This document shows, piece by piece, positions 43,601 to 54,882 of a stretch of 64,000 bases of DNA (the first letter of the stretch is position 1; the number at the start of each line of letters is the position of its first letter). A program made the position numbers and the translations under genes. The notes beneath the pieces were generated by a model. It was not told the origin of the DNA, ran no database searches, and was given only the letters and a program-made list of their open reading frames with translations. The stretch is from Tetramitus jugosus (lineage: Eukaryota; Protista; Heterolobosea), in NCBI GenBank assembly GCA_937625935.1, contig OW569366.1, positions 62,001 to 126,000 of the forward strand, written 5' to 3'.

Positions 43601-45843
43601 CTATCGAACAGCAATTCCTTGTTGTAAATATGGTTACACAGAATAGTATTATCTTATCAGATAGAGACAAGGAGACAGCGCTTGGCATCGTTGGTAATGT
43701 GATTAATGTTGATCAGAAGAATAGTTCTACAACTTTGGTGACCAAAGGTGGCTTCCAGAATGTTGTTAATATCATTTCTAACGTTGCCGCAAATGGATTC
43801 ACAGATCGACATGTTGGCAATTTAACTGTTCAAACAGCTGAAGATTTGGCAAAGCTTATAACCTCAGGGCTATTGGCTCGTGATCCTCCCACTACCTTTA
43901 TCTCTGACAACTTCAGATTGACAGTAGTAATTGGTCAGTTGTCAGATCTTGCAAATTCAACAGTTGGCACCAATAGCGAGAATGATGTTGATTCACTCCA
44001 GATTCCATACAAATTCGCGAGTGATATCAGTGCAGATACCATTACATCATCTATTCTCGTGTTTCAAACAAATCCTTATCAAATCAAATCCCTGGGAGAG
44101 TCTGACACTGCATCCAGCTCCGTCATCGATATCAAATTCAAAAATACCGATGGTTCTGTTATACCTGTGGCCAATCTGACAGAACCTTTAATGATATTAT
44201 TTAATAGGAGTAAGGCAAGATCACAGGGAGCTTGTTCAGATGCCAAATTTCAGTGTCAATACTGGAATGAGCATGAAAAACAATGGAAAACGGATGGTTG
44301 TTATTGGATCGAACATGAAACTGATGATTTTATTTCATGTGCTTGTAATCACACTACCAGCTTCTCAGCTTTTGTTCTCGAAAAAGGAGATACTTGCGTT
44401 GCCTATGCAGGCATTAAGATCACTGGAATTGTGTTTAACTCGATCTACATATTTATTTGTGCTCCCCTGTTGGTTGGACTGTTCTTAGTCATGTATCAAC
44501 AACCCATCAGATCAAGATTTATAGCACCATTCCTAGGTATTGCTGCCATTATTGTTGATAGTGTGTTACAAGGTTGGATTCGAAATGCGTTGTCTCTTGC
44601 CAAGAAACATGCCGTCTCTGATGCCTTTTCCTATATTATCATACTGACTGCGAATCCATTGTTTGTGACTTCGTTATTTGCATTCTTATGGCAACAGATG
44701 AGATTCCTAATGTTGCAAAACATTTACAAGATGATGCCATCCGCAAACAAGTCATACCAGCAAAAGTTCATCCATCTCAACCGTGTTCTGGCTTCGAAGT
44801 TCGTTTTTCTCTCCATTTCCATTTTGGTTGGGGTATCAACAATGGCTTACTTTGTTATTCTGGTCGGTCTAGCTGCCCATTATAATGATATTGGATCAGT
44901 GGACAAAAGAGACTCGATTGTAACGGTTCAGGCAGTATCATTTGCTGCCATGCTTCTCATTCTATCTATTGGCATTGTCATCACACTGCTCATTGATATC
45001 ATGTACTCTATGAAACAAGAATCAGCGGCTACATCCACCTTTGACGATCACGACAGAGATCAACAACAAATATATGTGAAGAAAACCAAGGGTTTAGGTT
45101 TACTCAAGAAATACTTCATTGGCGACCCATTGCTCTTTCGAACTGAAGCAGGTATTATTATTATCGCTGTGCTAATCATCCTTGTTCTTTACTCGATAGG
45201 TATTGCAACCATTATTCAGGATCCAAGACTTAAGACCCCGATCATGATCGTTCGTACTGTTATTGAACTGATATTCATGTTTGTAAGAATATTCGCATTT
45301 GGAGGTTTCATTTTCATTGTGAGCTTGAAAAATATGATACAGAAGAGAAGATCCTCTCATTATAAGCTACTATCTTCCGCGTCAGAACTTTCCTCCAAAG
45401 AAACTGTGCACGACCAGAAAGTTTTGGACCTGTTGAGGCATCAGGTGGGATATAATCTAGTGCATGATTATTGCCGCAAAGAATTCTCACTGGAAAATGT
45501 ATTGCTATGGAAAGAGTTGGAATCTTTGCGCTCTGATAACCTACTGATGAGCACAGAGGACAGAAAGAAAATGTTGCACGACATTCAGGAACTGTACATT
45601 GAGAATAATAGTGTCAGGCAGCTCAACATCTCGAACCAAGGAAAGCAAGCCTTCTTGAAGGTGGCAAAGTTGGAAGAGCCTTCTGCTGCAGATGCTGAAG
45701 GAGCATTAGCTAAACTGTATGGCGTTTGTATGATGAACATTGCAGATACAATGACTCGATTAGGAGCTACTGAAGCCTATAAGAACTATATGTTAGCAAA
45801 AGATGCATCCAACGAGCTCAAGGATGATTTCTCGAGTCATTAA
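40654..45843 (+). CDS. Adhesion-type receptor: beta-rich ectodomain-EGF-REJ-GPS-7TM-RGS
   Basis: Hydrophobic N-terminus; EGF repeats (CSNVGLC..C.CNTGYYGQNC); REJ-like PEEGYSL..F; GPS CQYWN..W.TDGC..CACNHTTSF; about 7 TMs; RGS EFSLENVLLW..YI..LNIS. Confidence 0.88.
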   Translation: MHSVRSTCWSLHSLVLFILFVSMMLLSSVPHQLSIVFLRGTMNNQNGNLLVSGTIKKWNYLKAFTNITDLTLPAQSIKEGILKTAPYGNNELIIVGFLNSLDRNEIDGIPYDTASSPAFISRVNRNDGNTINRVQVGLANNTNYYYTNLHVSSSRIFASFSVYCTTLGGCPFFVGGASLFTVDNMMGSVVVIEFDSSLLVVRFSSVPIQQSQLYSWGLVYSVKENTLFLLAQYTCNGASVDLMGQTYVCSNNGAQTILIALKSGSLLWVRNYVATTLNGFCKPGGLSLDSNTNDVFVGITGYSTQFLAIDGSTPVDLGATKDSILLFERLSASNKTLMWRQSYGKMDSGIITALDSSNDGLYVVGLFGVSDPFNLNSLSWPYSCAFISKLNPVNGNLVWFRVISDNIVLAGNLAHMLVSARPDTSLYFAVTSSASNISLWSSDQISLGSFPRSAGYALSTLIGMLDSEGNFLWLLTLPGRSGQIFRSIHSLVDSPSLIVSGIYSDTESLSGRGALLGKLDVIPLCTGNCSNVGLCVADETCACNTGYYGQNCSDFSCYSVSRHYDIVCSANGRCLSPDVCVCNEGAYGDDCSQSAPSVTILPENPGTVGSCMVPSFVLDFSLSTSVSLHNVTWSVVQDNKTVQQQFTSAISSPFAPSIEYLHHGSYLIVAKLQSVVLGKKNVYITTDSQYSGMASCSVCSNPSNTECRYNVFLGNGIVNGSLIPISRMKKFTIDAFDQDMTTSNAQITGLQLEWLTNITAKNNNVASTSSLRSLSIFPLDATLGMNPNVLIGVTLRFKVPYMEWMTIIVRISTNASRDITPVGNTPLSITPEEGYSLRDDFNIQATNWIGSNLIYSFSYLDLFSREYIRLGESTKPSIVTVLPSGNQTHFELHVRVRVINPDNGDFGLAERIIHVKPSFVGGLLTQKFEEAIESGNYTTTLTIASQIIEASQTQVLENYDELKVLVSRILNYTALLVDLSPVSIEQQFLVVNMVTQNSIILSDRDKETALGIVGNVINVDQKNSSTTLVTKGGFQNVVNIISNVAANGFTDRHVGNLTVQTAEDLAKLITSGLLARDPPTTFISDNFRLTVVIGQLSDLANSTVGTNSENDVDSLQIPYKFASDISADTITSSILVFQTNPYQIKSLGESDTASSSVIDIKFKNTDGSVIPVANLTEPLMILFNRSKARSQGACSDAKFQCQYWNEHEKQWKTDGCYWIEHETDDFISCACNHTTSFSAFVLEKGDTCVAYAGIKITGIVFNSIYIFICAPLLVGLFLVMYQQPIRSRFIAPFLGIAAIIVDSVLQGWIRNALSLAKKHAVSDAFSYIIILTANPLFVTSLFAFLWQQMRFLMLQNIYKMMPSANKSYQQKFIHLNRVLASKFVFLSISILVGVSTMAYFVILVGLAAHYNDIGSVDKRDSIVTVQAVSFAAMLLILSIGIVITLLIDIMYSMKQESAATSTFDDHDRDQQQIYVKKTKGLGLLKKYFIGDPLLFRTEAGIIIIAVLIILVLYSIGIATIIQDPRLKTPIMIVRTVIELIFMFVRIFAFGGFIFIVSLKNMIQKRRSSHYKLLSSASELSSKETVHDQKVLDLLRHQVGYNLVHDYCRKEFSLENVLLWKELESLRSDNLLMSTEDRKKMLHDIQELYIENNSVRQLNISNQGKQAFLKVAKLEEPSAADAEGALAKLYGVCMMNIADTMTRLGATEAYKNYMLAKDASNELKDDFSSH

Positions 45844-46298
45844 ACACTTTGTATGGCCTCCTAATCTCTTATTTTTCTTCCCTTGTTGGAACTCCATCCT
45901 CAGCCGCGTCGAAAACAATAACTGTCACAAGTGCTTTGCCATAAACCAATTACGCAACTCTCGTCTCATCACCCAACAGTGACTGCATCGGGTCAAGCTG
46001 ACCAAATTTTCACTTTCGAAGGATCAAAGTGTTTTGGTCACACCATTCGATGGAATCAAAAAAGTTTGTACGTAAATTTGCCATGTTGTTAGAGACCTGC
46101 ATGAATTCACACGACACCAACATTTGGCCGAGCAAGAAGGCGAACAAATGAGAAGAGAACATGCCCAACGTCAAGCAAGAAAGAAAGGAACAAGATGATT
46201 GCTCTCTGTGTGGTGCACTTAAGAGGTTCGTCACATGAGATCAATAAATTGCATCAAAACAACAAACTCAGCCCGCAACAAAAAAACCAATAAAAACG

Positions 46299-47672
46299 AT
46301 GCCACAAAAATCATCCATTCAAACATTGCCTCCCTATTGTGATCAAGAGCCTCTGTCTGGTGCGAATGCTGGTGGATTTACTTATACTTCCATTGTCAAG
46401 AGATTACCTGATATTATTGACTCTGTTGTTCATCACAATCGGACGAATTCTGGGTTGACTGCTGATCAAATTCAAAGATTGAATGCATTAAAGAGTGATA
46501 TTGCATTGTCTGATGGTGGAAATCCCACAAACAGTGCCCTTCATTTGAAAGAAATGAATGATATTGATGATGAGGAGAGAAAAGATTGGATTCAATATCA
46601 GAAAATGTATAAAGTAACGGAGAAGAGCTGGTTGCAGTTGCCATGGTTTTTTGTTGAGAATTGGATGTACAAGTTGGTACTTGATATCTGTGTTGTGAAG
46701 AAGGAACATGATGATGATGGTGAAACAGTCATCACGGATCCATTTGAGCAACAAAAGATTGAGTCGTTGGATCAGGCTTTCGAATCGGGGTCAGTTTCTG
46801 TGATTGCGCGCACAGTGCAGCACTACTTGGACAAACTGAGTGCTTCTTCGTCGTCTGATGATGATCAGCACGAAGATCGAAGAGAGTTTTTGGCGTATTT
46901 GATTGGTGCTGATCTGTGGGGCAATAAGGCTGATTTGTCCTTTAGTGGTGGTGTTGTTGAGAACAACGATGAAGAAACGCATGATCACTCTACGATTTCT
47001 AAAGAACTGAGATCGCAGTACATTGTGGATGATGACTCGGAACTAACGATAAATACGATCGAAAAGGACGAACCACAGAGCTACAACTTTATTGTTGATA
47101 ACTGTGGTTTAGAGCTCGTCTGTGATTTATTCTTTGGTTATTGCCTCAATCAAGTGTTTCATGCGAAACATGTGACGTTTTATGTCAAGACACAACCTGT
47201 TTTTGTCTCTGATGCAATGATCAAAGATGTATATTATACAATCGAGCGCATGGAGCAGTCCAAGGATACCATCATTGAAAAGTTTGGAAGATTGTTCAGA
47301 GAGAGCATTGACAGTGGTCGATGGATCATTCAATCTCACAAGTTCTTCACGAGTCCTACTCCATTTTATCAAATGGACAACGATTTGTATGACAAGATTG
47401 CTCAATCTGGCCAATTGACCATTCTGAAGGGTGATGCCAATTATCGACGATTGTTCAACGATAGAAATTATGATATTAGTGAACCCTTCGAAGAATTGGT
47501 CGACAATTTCCCAACTGATCTTCTTTCCTTGAGGACACTAAAGTCTGATTGCTTGGTGGGTCTCTCCAGCGAAGAGCAAAAACAGAAAGCAAAGAGTCTC
47601 TATGAAAGCGATCCAGAATGGAGAGTCAATGGCAAATATGGTGTGATTAGTTGGTCGAAGTTTCGATCATAG
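46299..47672 (+). CDS. ARMT1: DUF89/ARMT1-like damage-control phosphatase
   Basis: RLPDII, PWFFVE, LWGNKADLS, IVDNCGLEL, FVSDA, KGDANYRRL and LRTLKSD motifs. Confidence 0.92.
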   Translation: MPQKSSIQTLPPYCDQEPLSGANAGGFTYTSIVKRLPDIIDSVVHHNRTNSGLTADQIQRLNALKSDIALSDGGNPTNSALHLKEMNDIDDEERKDWIQYQKMYKVTEKSWLQLPWFFVENWMYKLVLDICVVKKEHDDDGETVITDPFEQQKIESLDQAFESGSVSVIARTVQHYLDKLSASSSSDDDQHEDRREFLAYLIGADLWGNKADLSFSGGVVENNDEETHDHSTISKELRSQYIVDDDSELTINTIEKDEPQSYNFIVDNCGLELVCDLFFGYCLNQVFHAKHVTFYVKTQPVFVSDAMIKDVYYTIERMEQSKDTIIEKFGRLFRESIDSGRWIIQSHKFFTSPTPFYQMDNDLYDKIAQSGQLTILKGDANYRRLFNDRNYDISEPFEELVDNFPTDLLSLRTLKSDCLVGLSSEEQKQKAKSLYESDPEWRVNGKYGVISWSKFRS

Positions 47673-47723
47673 ATAACAGAACTGAAACTTTTCAGTACAT
47701 ATATTTTATTTTCCTTTATATCG

Positions 47724-48866
47724 TTACTTCTTACCGAATAATGCCAACAACATGCATCCTGGCAGCAAAAACAGTAGAGTAAATACAGTGAACTGTAGAA
47801 TAGCTTTCCAACCTCTGAGTTCTCTGAAAAAGACAATTCCAATAATACCACCCACAACAAGTGCACACTGAGTCAACGGAAATCCAACAGTGAGTCCCAA
47901 TGGAGAAAGTGCAGCCACAGTGCTACCTACATTGCCCAAATTCCAAATAAAACCAACCAACAAGCCTGGAAACAGAGTCTCCTTTGGATGAAACTTTGGA
48001 ATCTCTCTCTTCACCAAAAAGTATATCACAAACAGAACTGGTGTCACAATAAGAACTCCAATTCCAAAACTAAGACAATAAATAATGGACTTATCAGGAT
48101 TGAAACGAGCAGGAACCATCATCGAACCATTGAAAAGACCTAGTCCCACGCAACACAGCACTCCCAGAATAAAATCCTTTGATTTCTTCAATAGAGCAAT
48201 TGCCTTCTCCTTTTTTGTCATTGGCACATCCATCTGTTCTGTCAACTGAGTTTCAATCTCGTGTCGATCATCAGAGGCAGTGACAGAAGACACGACAGCA
48301 GTTGACCGAACACTGGGATTCGTAGACTTGGAATGCTGTAACCTTGACTCGACATCATCATGATTCAGGTGTGCACTCTCAGAATGCTCTTGTTTGTCGT
48401 TTTCAGCAACAGCAACAGCATCATCGGACTTGCACATGGCGACACCAAAGATACCTAGCAACAACAATATCATTCCCAATGCAGTGAGCCATCCATTCTT
48501 CACAGGATCCCTAAACACTACAGCTCCCCACAAGAATGAAACAAGAATCGTGAGACCACTCCACAAACCTTGAGCTACACTCAATCCCAAAAACCGTAGC
48601 GCGAAAATGGAAAATAAACTGGCGGGAACCCACAAACTGGCGCCAATGATGCCCCAGTAGGAAAAATGGAAGGGCTTATCGGAGAATAGCAACAACAGCC
48701 AACTACTTGCAAAGATGGTAAAGGAATAGTAGAGTTGGAGAACCATGGGATCAACCTTTGTTCTTTGCACAGGAGGAATCTTGATGGGAACATTCATGAT
48801 ACCAAAAAAGACGATGGCACTAGCCACACCAACCCATCCAAGTGTTGAAGTGATCTCTTGAGTCAT
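47724..48866 (-). CDS. TMEM144-like DMT-superfamily sugar transporter
   Basis: About 10 TMs; LGLSVAQGLW, GFIWNLGN and GFPLTQ motifs. Confidence 0.8.
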   Translation of the reverse strand: MTQEITSTLGWVGVASAIVFFGIMNVPIKIPPVQRTKVDPMVLQLYYSFTIFASSWLLLLFSDKPFHFSYWGIIGASLWVPASLFSIFALRFLGLSVAQGLWSGLTILVSFLWGAVVFRDPVKNGWLTALGMILLLLGIFGVAMCKSDDAVAVAENDKQEHSESAHLNHDDVESRLQHSKSTNPSVRSTAVVSSVTASDDRHEIETQLTEQMDVPMTKKEKAIALLKKSKDFILGVLCCVGLGLFNGSMMVPARFNPDKSIIYCLSFGIGVLIVTPVLFVIYFLVKREIPKFHPKETLFPGLLVGFIWNLGNVGSTVAALSPLGLTVGFPLTQCALVVGGIIGIVFFRELRGWKAILQFTVFTLLFLLPGCMLLALFGKK

Positions 48867-49238
48867 GATGTTAAAAATTTGTGTTTTTTGTTTGTCGTTG
48901 TTTGAGAGAGTTTATTTGCTTGGTTTGTTTTTTTGGATCATGACGAAACGTTCCAAGGAATTGAGAATTCCCGAGGAGGCGAAAAGCGAAACTGAGTGCC
49001 AGGATATGCATATCCTGCCAAAACCGTTTCAGTATCAATCTTTTGTATTGATCTCGATTCTCATCTGTTCATTCTCCTGTTTTAACTTGCGGCACTCCTC
49101 ACGACTCTTCTCACATGCGAAAACGGCAAACCTTCGTGCCACTTTGGGTGATACAGAAGAGTATCGATATGCATCAGAGATCTGCGAATTGTTGTTGGGT
49201 TTTCGAGCTTTACCTGCCAAGGTCTCAGATCGGAAAAT

Positions 49239-50945
49239 TTAAATTTTTATCTTTTTGTGACAGTCGTTGTCATCAGAGTTGGTTGCCTCAAGCTCCAGTT
49301 TACGCTTGGCAGTGGTTGAACTCTGAGTGTCGTTATCCTCGATGGAAGTAGAGTCCTTCTTGAGACCGACGGATTCTGGTAGCTTGAAACTGACACAGTA
49401 CATGTTCTTCTTTGGAGCGACATCTCTGACATCAACCACCTCCGTGTAGTCAATCGTGCTTGGGTCTGTTATGCTCAAGTATTTCTCGACAACTCTCTTT
49501 GCATCTTCAACCATCTTTTGTGATTCTGTCCTCGTGTCACCCTTAATAAACGTGTACACATGGATCATTGGTAATCGACCGACGTATGACGCAGGGAACA
49601 AGTTGACAAACACGTCCAGGAACTCCACAGCCGAACCTGGTAAATTCATCAGCACGTGATCAAATTGTACGCCCTTGTCTACGAGCATACGAACAAAATC
49701 TCTTCCGTCCATGTTGTAACATGACACCAAATGATTCACCTTGTTCAATTTGGCATTGATACACATGTACTCGTACGACTTTGGATTCAAATCATTGGCA
49801 TGAACACGACATCCGATATTCTTGGCTGCAGGAATTGCAAATGGACCAATTCCAGCCATCATATCACACACGACATGTTCCTTCTTCACATGCTTCAATA
49901 CTCGTCGATGTTCGTGCGCCAATCTCGAATTCCAGTACACTTCTGCAAAATTCAATCGAAACCTCATTCCGTGCTCCTTGAGCTCCACATTCAAATCGTC
50001 CTTTCCTGCCAACAATTCCAATTTTGCCTCTCTAAACACTGAATCAATCATTCCTACCTTGTTGACCACTGTTTCAATCATGGGTGACTTGTCCAGAATC
50101 ACTTGTCCAATCAAGTGCTTGTAAGGCAAAAATTCTTCTCTCAAATTCAAGTGAGCCACGTGCCCCACTTGTTCAAAAGCAGATGGAATCTCTAGTGTAG
50201 TTGTTCCTGATGTTCCTGATGCTGAAGATGATGAAGATGACAAGGCAGGCAACATCAATGCCTTCAACACTTCTTCCGTAGTCATTTGAGCATAACCAAT
50301 CACAATTGAAAAACGAGTCACAAGTGGATTGGACTCTGTGAGACCATGACCTTCCAAAAACTGTGTAACAGAACTAGGTAAATCACTCCATGATTGATAC
50401 TTTGGATCAAGAAGTACCATACGATAGGCATCAACAGTTGATGTTGAAGAGGAAGAGGTGAGAAAGAGGTGAGAGAGCTCAGTAGGCACCGTGTGAACAG
50501 CTCTCAATTTTTTCATGGCCAACAAGTGACCCTTGAGTTGTTTCATAAAGAGTGAACTGTTGGAGGCAGGGATGAGAAGAGCAATGAGAGACACTGTCTT
50601 GTCAAATTGGGATCGATCGAGCACTTCATGGTTCAAGTGTTGCGTCTTTTGTGTCTCTGTCATTTTTTGTCGCAGTTTTTTTCGGTGAAAACTTGTGCTT
50701 TTTTGTTGTTGGTCCTGTTGAGCTTGCATGGTGGAAGAGTAAAGCTTTTGCTTTGCAAGGTTTTTTTGAACGTTTGAAAAGCTTTTGTTGGTGAGGAGGA
50801 GTGATGATGGTGTTGAGTGGAATTGTGGAGCGGTGCAAGAGGAGAACAACCTAAGAGCGTTACAGGACGAGTGGTGGTTGTGGAGCCGTGGTATGAAGCC
50901 AAGTTGGTGGCAAGAGGAAATTGCAGTTTTGTGCAAGCGAAGCAT
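49239..50945 (-). CDS. TRM5: tRNA (guanine37-N1)-methyltransferase Trm5
   Basis: GHVAHLNLR, TVVNK, VYWNSRL..EH, D..AGIGPFA, ANDLNP and MNLP motifs; presequence-like N-terminus. Confidence 0.95.
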   Translation of the reverse strand: MLRLHKTAISSCHQLGFIPRLHNHHSSCNALRLFSSCTAPQFHSTPSSLLLTNKSFSNVQKNLAKQKLYSSTMQAQQDQQQKSTSFHRKKLRQKMTETQKTQHLNHEVLDRSQFDKTVSLIALLIPASNSSLFMKQLKGHLLAMKKLRAVHTVPTELSHLFLTSSSSTSTVDAYRMVLLDPKYQSWSDLPSSVTQFLEGHGLTESNPLVTRFSIVIGYAQMTTEEVLKALMLPALSSSSSSASGTSGTTTLEIPSAFEQVGHVAHLNLREEFLPYKHLIGQVILDKSPMIETVVNKVGMIDSVFREAKLELLAGKDDLNVELKEHGMRFRLNFAEVYWNSRLAHEHRRVLKHVKKEHVVCDMMAGIGPFAIPAAKNIGCRVHANDLNPKSYEYMCINAKLNKVNHLVSCYNMDGRDFVRMLVDKGVQFDHVLMNLPGSAVEFLDVFVNLFPASYVGRLPMIHVYTFIKGDTRTESQKMVEDAKRVVEKYLSITDPSTIDYTEVVDVRDVAPKKNMYCVSFKLPESVGLKKDSTSIEDNDTQSSTTAKRKLELEATNSDDNDCHKKIKI

Positions 50946-51207
50946 TGGTTGAATTCAATTTTTTTGGAACCAGAGTTTGGTTGAGGATCAACACGAGCTG
51001 TGATTAATTACCCCAGCTCCAATCGATGAATCAAAATGCAGAAGTTGATGATCATGACTCTTGAGCAATTTCTCTCCCAGTGTCAAAGGTTGTGAATCGT
51101 GAGTCTAAAAAAACTCAGACTTTTCGTAAAGACTTCACTTCATTGTGGAAGTGGAACTCAACAAAGCAAACCAAGAAGAGACCCACTACCCAAACAACAA
51201 AGAAAGT

Positions 51208-54200
51208 ATGGCGAGTGAGCATCACGAACTAGATGAAAATCTGTACAGTCGTCAACTGTATGTTCTTGGCTATGATGCCACGAAAAGAATGCAACATAGC
51301 AACGTGTTGATTGTTGGTCTCACTGGTCTAGGTGTTGAAATTGGTATGTGAGCTCGTCACTTTTCTCAAGTCCCTCTCAAGAATTCTGTGTTTTCGTTGT
51401 ATTTATTGCATGTTTTCTCACTCGTACTAACATGATTATCATAATATGATAATCATAGCTAAAAATGTCATCTTGATGGGTGTCAAATCAGTGACCTTGT
51501 ACGATGATCAATTGGTTCAATGGTCTGATCTCAGCTCTCAATTCTATTGCTCTGAAGACAGTATTCACCAAAAATTGACTCGATCTGATGCTTCGCTCCC
51601 TCATCTCAAAGAACTGAATCACTATGTCGCAGTGTCCGTCTATCATGGCGAACTCAGCAACCAATTGCTCTCGAGCTTCAATGTGGTTGTCTTTGTGAAT
51701 CAACCTATAGCTCAACTGGTGGACAAGAATGAGTTTTGCAGAGCGAACAATATCAAGTTTATTGCCTCAGAGAGCAGAGGCCTATTCGGATCCGTGTTTT
51801 GTGATTTTGGTGATGGATTTGTGATCAATGATGAAGATGGAGAGAATCCGGTGGTCAATATTGTGACAAACATTACGAACAGCAATCCTGGTGTCGTCAG
51901 TGTTCACGATGAGGAGCCTGTTCATGGTTTGCGCGATGATGACTTTGTCGTGTTTGAAGAAGTAAAGGGCATGGACGAATTGAACTGGGGAATGCCCGTT
52001 CAGATCAAATCCACTGGAAAGCACACGTTCACGATTGGTGACACTACTCATTTACCACCGTATGTTGGGGGTGGATATGTCAAGCAAGTGAAACCGCACA
52101 AGACTGTCAATTATCAATCTTTGGCCACACAGTTAGAGCAACCAACGATCATTGACTATGACTTGTCAAAAGTTGGTAGACCATTACAACTTCATGCCTT
52201 CTCACTCGCTCTCTCCGATTTCTACACTCAAAACAATGAACTACCAAGGTCGTACAATGAAGTTGACGCGCAGCAACTGTATCATTTGGCTCAGAAACAC
52301 TTTGCCAAGCTTTGTCCAGACAATGCAAGTTCACTGGACGAGAAGATGATCAAATTGTTGGCAAATGGCAGTAGAGGAAACTTGAGTCCAATGGCTGCTC
52401 TACTCGGTGGTATCGCTGCTCAAGAAGTGCAAAAGGCAACATCCGGCAAATTTACACCTCTGAATCAATGGTTGTACTTTGAAACACTGGAATGTGTGCC
52501 TGATTATGCCATTCCAACCGAGGCTGATACTCAACCTCAGAGCAATCGTTATGATGGCCAAGTGGCTGTCTTTGGCCGAACATTCCAAGACAAACTATTC
52601 AAGTTCAACAACTTTGTTGTTGGATCAGGTGCTCTCGGTTGCGAGTACCTAAAGAACTTTGCCATGATGGGAATTGCTTGTGGTGGCGGCCAAGTTACGA
52701 TCACCGATATGAGTAACATTGAAATGTCTAACTTGAACAGACAATTCCTGTTCAGAAGACATCATATTGGTAAGCAAAAGTCTATTGTGGCGGCTGAAGC
52801 TGCCAGGGAGATGAACAAGAGCTTTAATGTGATTGCTATGCAACACAAAGTGGTACTGGAGACGGAAGAAGTGTTTGATGATGCATTCTGGGAAAGCTTC
52901 ACTACCGTTACCAATGCATTGGACAACGTTCAAGCGCGTCTCTATGTAGACTCTCGTTGCGTGTACTATAGAAAGCCATTGTTGGAGGCTGGCACGTCGG
53001 GCACCAAGGCCAATGTTCAAGTCGTCATCCCTCACTTGACAGAGTCCTATGTGTCCACAAGAGACCCAGGAAATACTACTCTTTCCTTTACAAGTAAGAA
53101 TTCTACTTTCCCTTTTTTCATTGAACACTGTATCCAATGGTCCAAAAACTTGCTTGAAAGTATGTTCAACAAGGCACCATTCGATGCCAATGACTACTTG
53201 AGCAAGCCAACATTTATTGATGAGACAGGAGTGTCTAACAGAGGAATAGTGGAGTCCATCTATGAGAGTTTGGTATTATCCAAGCCTCAGAACTTTGAGG
53301 ATTGTATTGTTTGGGCTAGAAAGAAGTTTGAACAATTGTTCAACAACTCCATTCACCAATTGTTGCACGCCTTCCCTCTTGATCAAGTCACTAGCAGCGG
53401 CACTCGATTTTGGAGTGGTCCAAAGAGACCACCAAGACCATTGAAATTTGATGCCCGTAATGATGCTCATCTGGACTTTATCGTTGCTGCAGCTAACTTG
53501 CGCGCCTATGTCTATGGCTTGACAGGTCACAGAGCAGGTGATTTTGATTTCCAAGGAGTATTGTCCAGAGCTGATGCTCTAAAATCCTCTCCAAAGTCTG
53601 TTGAGGTCAAGGATAGGCAAGCAGTACAACACTCCAATTTAGATGAAGATGACATTGTGGCTCAATTGATAAGCAAGCTGCCAAAGCCCTCTGATTTAGC
53701 TGGTTTCAGATTGAATGTTGTTGAGTTTGAGAAGGATGATGACACAAACTTTCACATTGACTTCATCACTGCCGCTAGTAACTTGAGAGGTGACAACTTC
53801 AAGATTCATCCAGCTGACAGACATAAGACAAAGGGGATCGCAGGAAAGATTATTCCAGCTATGGTGACGACCACAGCAGCTGTTACTGGTATTGCGTCGT
53901 TCGAATTGTACAAGGTATGTTACCATCATTTATGAACTGTTCTTAAGATATGGAGGTTGATTCGCTCGAGTTTTGAGATTAGTGCGTGCCCGTTGTACCT
54001 CCTTTTTTATGCTCCAATGTGCATCTTCCTCTCACACTGCTGTTTTGTTAACTAGTTTGTGCAAGAGGTCAATCGATTGTCTGCACACAAGAACGCTTTT
54101 ATCAACATGGCACTTCCATCTGTCACATTGAACGAACCTGGAGAGCCAGAAAAGCTCAAGTACGGCGAGAATGAATGGTCATTGTGGGACAGATTCGAGG

Positions 54201-54490
54201 TAGATGAGGGTAGAGATATCACATTGAAGGAGTTCTTGGAGCTTTTCAAACAAAAACACAGGCTTGAGGTTACATTTATGAGTGCCGGATCAGGTCTCAT
54301 TTATGCCTCTTTCTATCCTCCATCCAGGATTGGCCAGAGAATGTCACGAAAGGTGTCAGAACTCATCAGAACATGTTCAAAGATCAACTTCACTCCAAAG
54401 CAAAAGCATGTGAGCATTGAACTCTGTTGTACCAATGCTGACACGGATGAGGATGTTGATGTACCCTGCGTTCGGTACAAGTTCAAATGA
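51208..54490 (+). CDS. Ubiquitin-activating enzyme E1 (UBA1-like), atypical active site; introns 51344-51458 and 53915-54055
   Basis: [56 protein letters not shown] and UFD-like WSLWDR. TACTAAC branch point in intron 1. Confidence 0.92.
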
Positions 54491-54882
54491 ATGTAAAACA
54501 ATGATATTCTTATTCTCTCCGCAAAGTCAACCTGTTTTGAAGCCATGTTGAACCTACTTCAAATAAGAGACCGTCAAAGTTCAAGTTCCATCAATAGCAG
54601 TCACGAACTCTTTCTGAACCTCCCGTACATTGAGAACTGGCACATGAAAAAAAATGGCGGGCAACCCACTGTATGTTCAAGTTGTAATCAAAAATGACGA
54701 ATTAGTGATTCGTTGATGACATGCTTGACGTGAGCGATCATTTTTCACATTCCCATGAATCCATGGTATTTAAAAGCTCGACATCATTCACTTTCACTTT
54801 GATCCACAACAAAACAAAACAAAACAAAACAACCCTTTGTAAAACAAAAACCCTTTGTACTAATATAATAATAATAAGAAAT

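Noticed and set aside
54721-54882. 54-aa N-terminal extension on actin
   Set aside because: It is a promoter/AC-rich leader; the canonical start MCDDVQ is at 54883.
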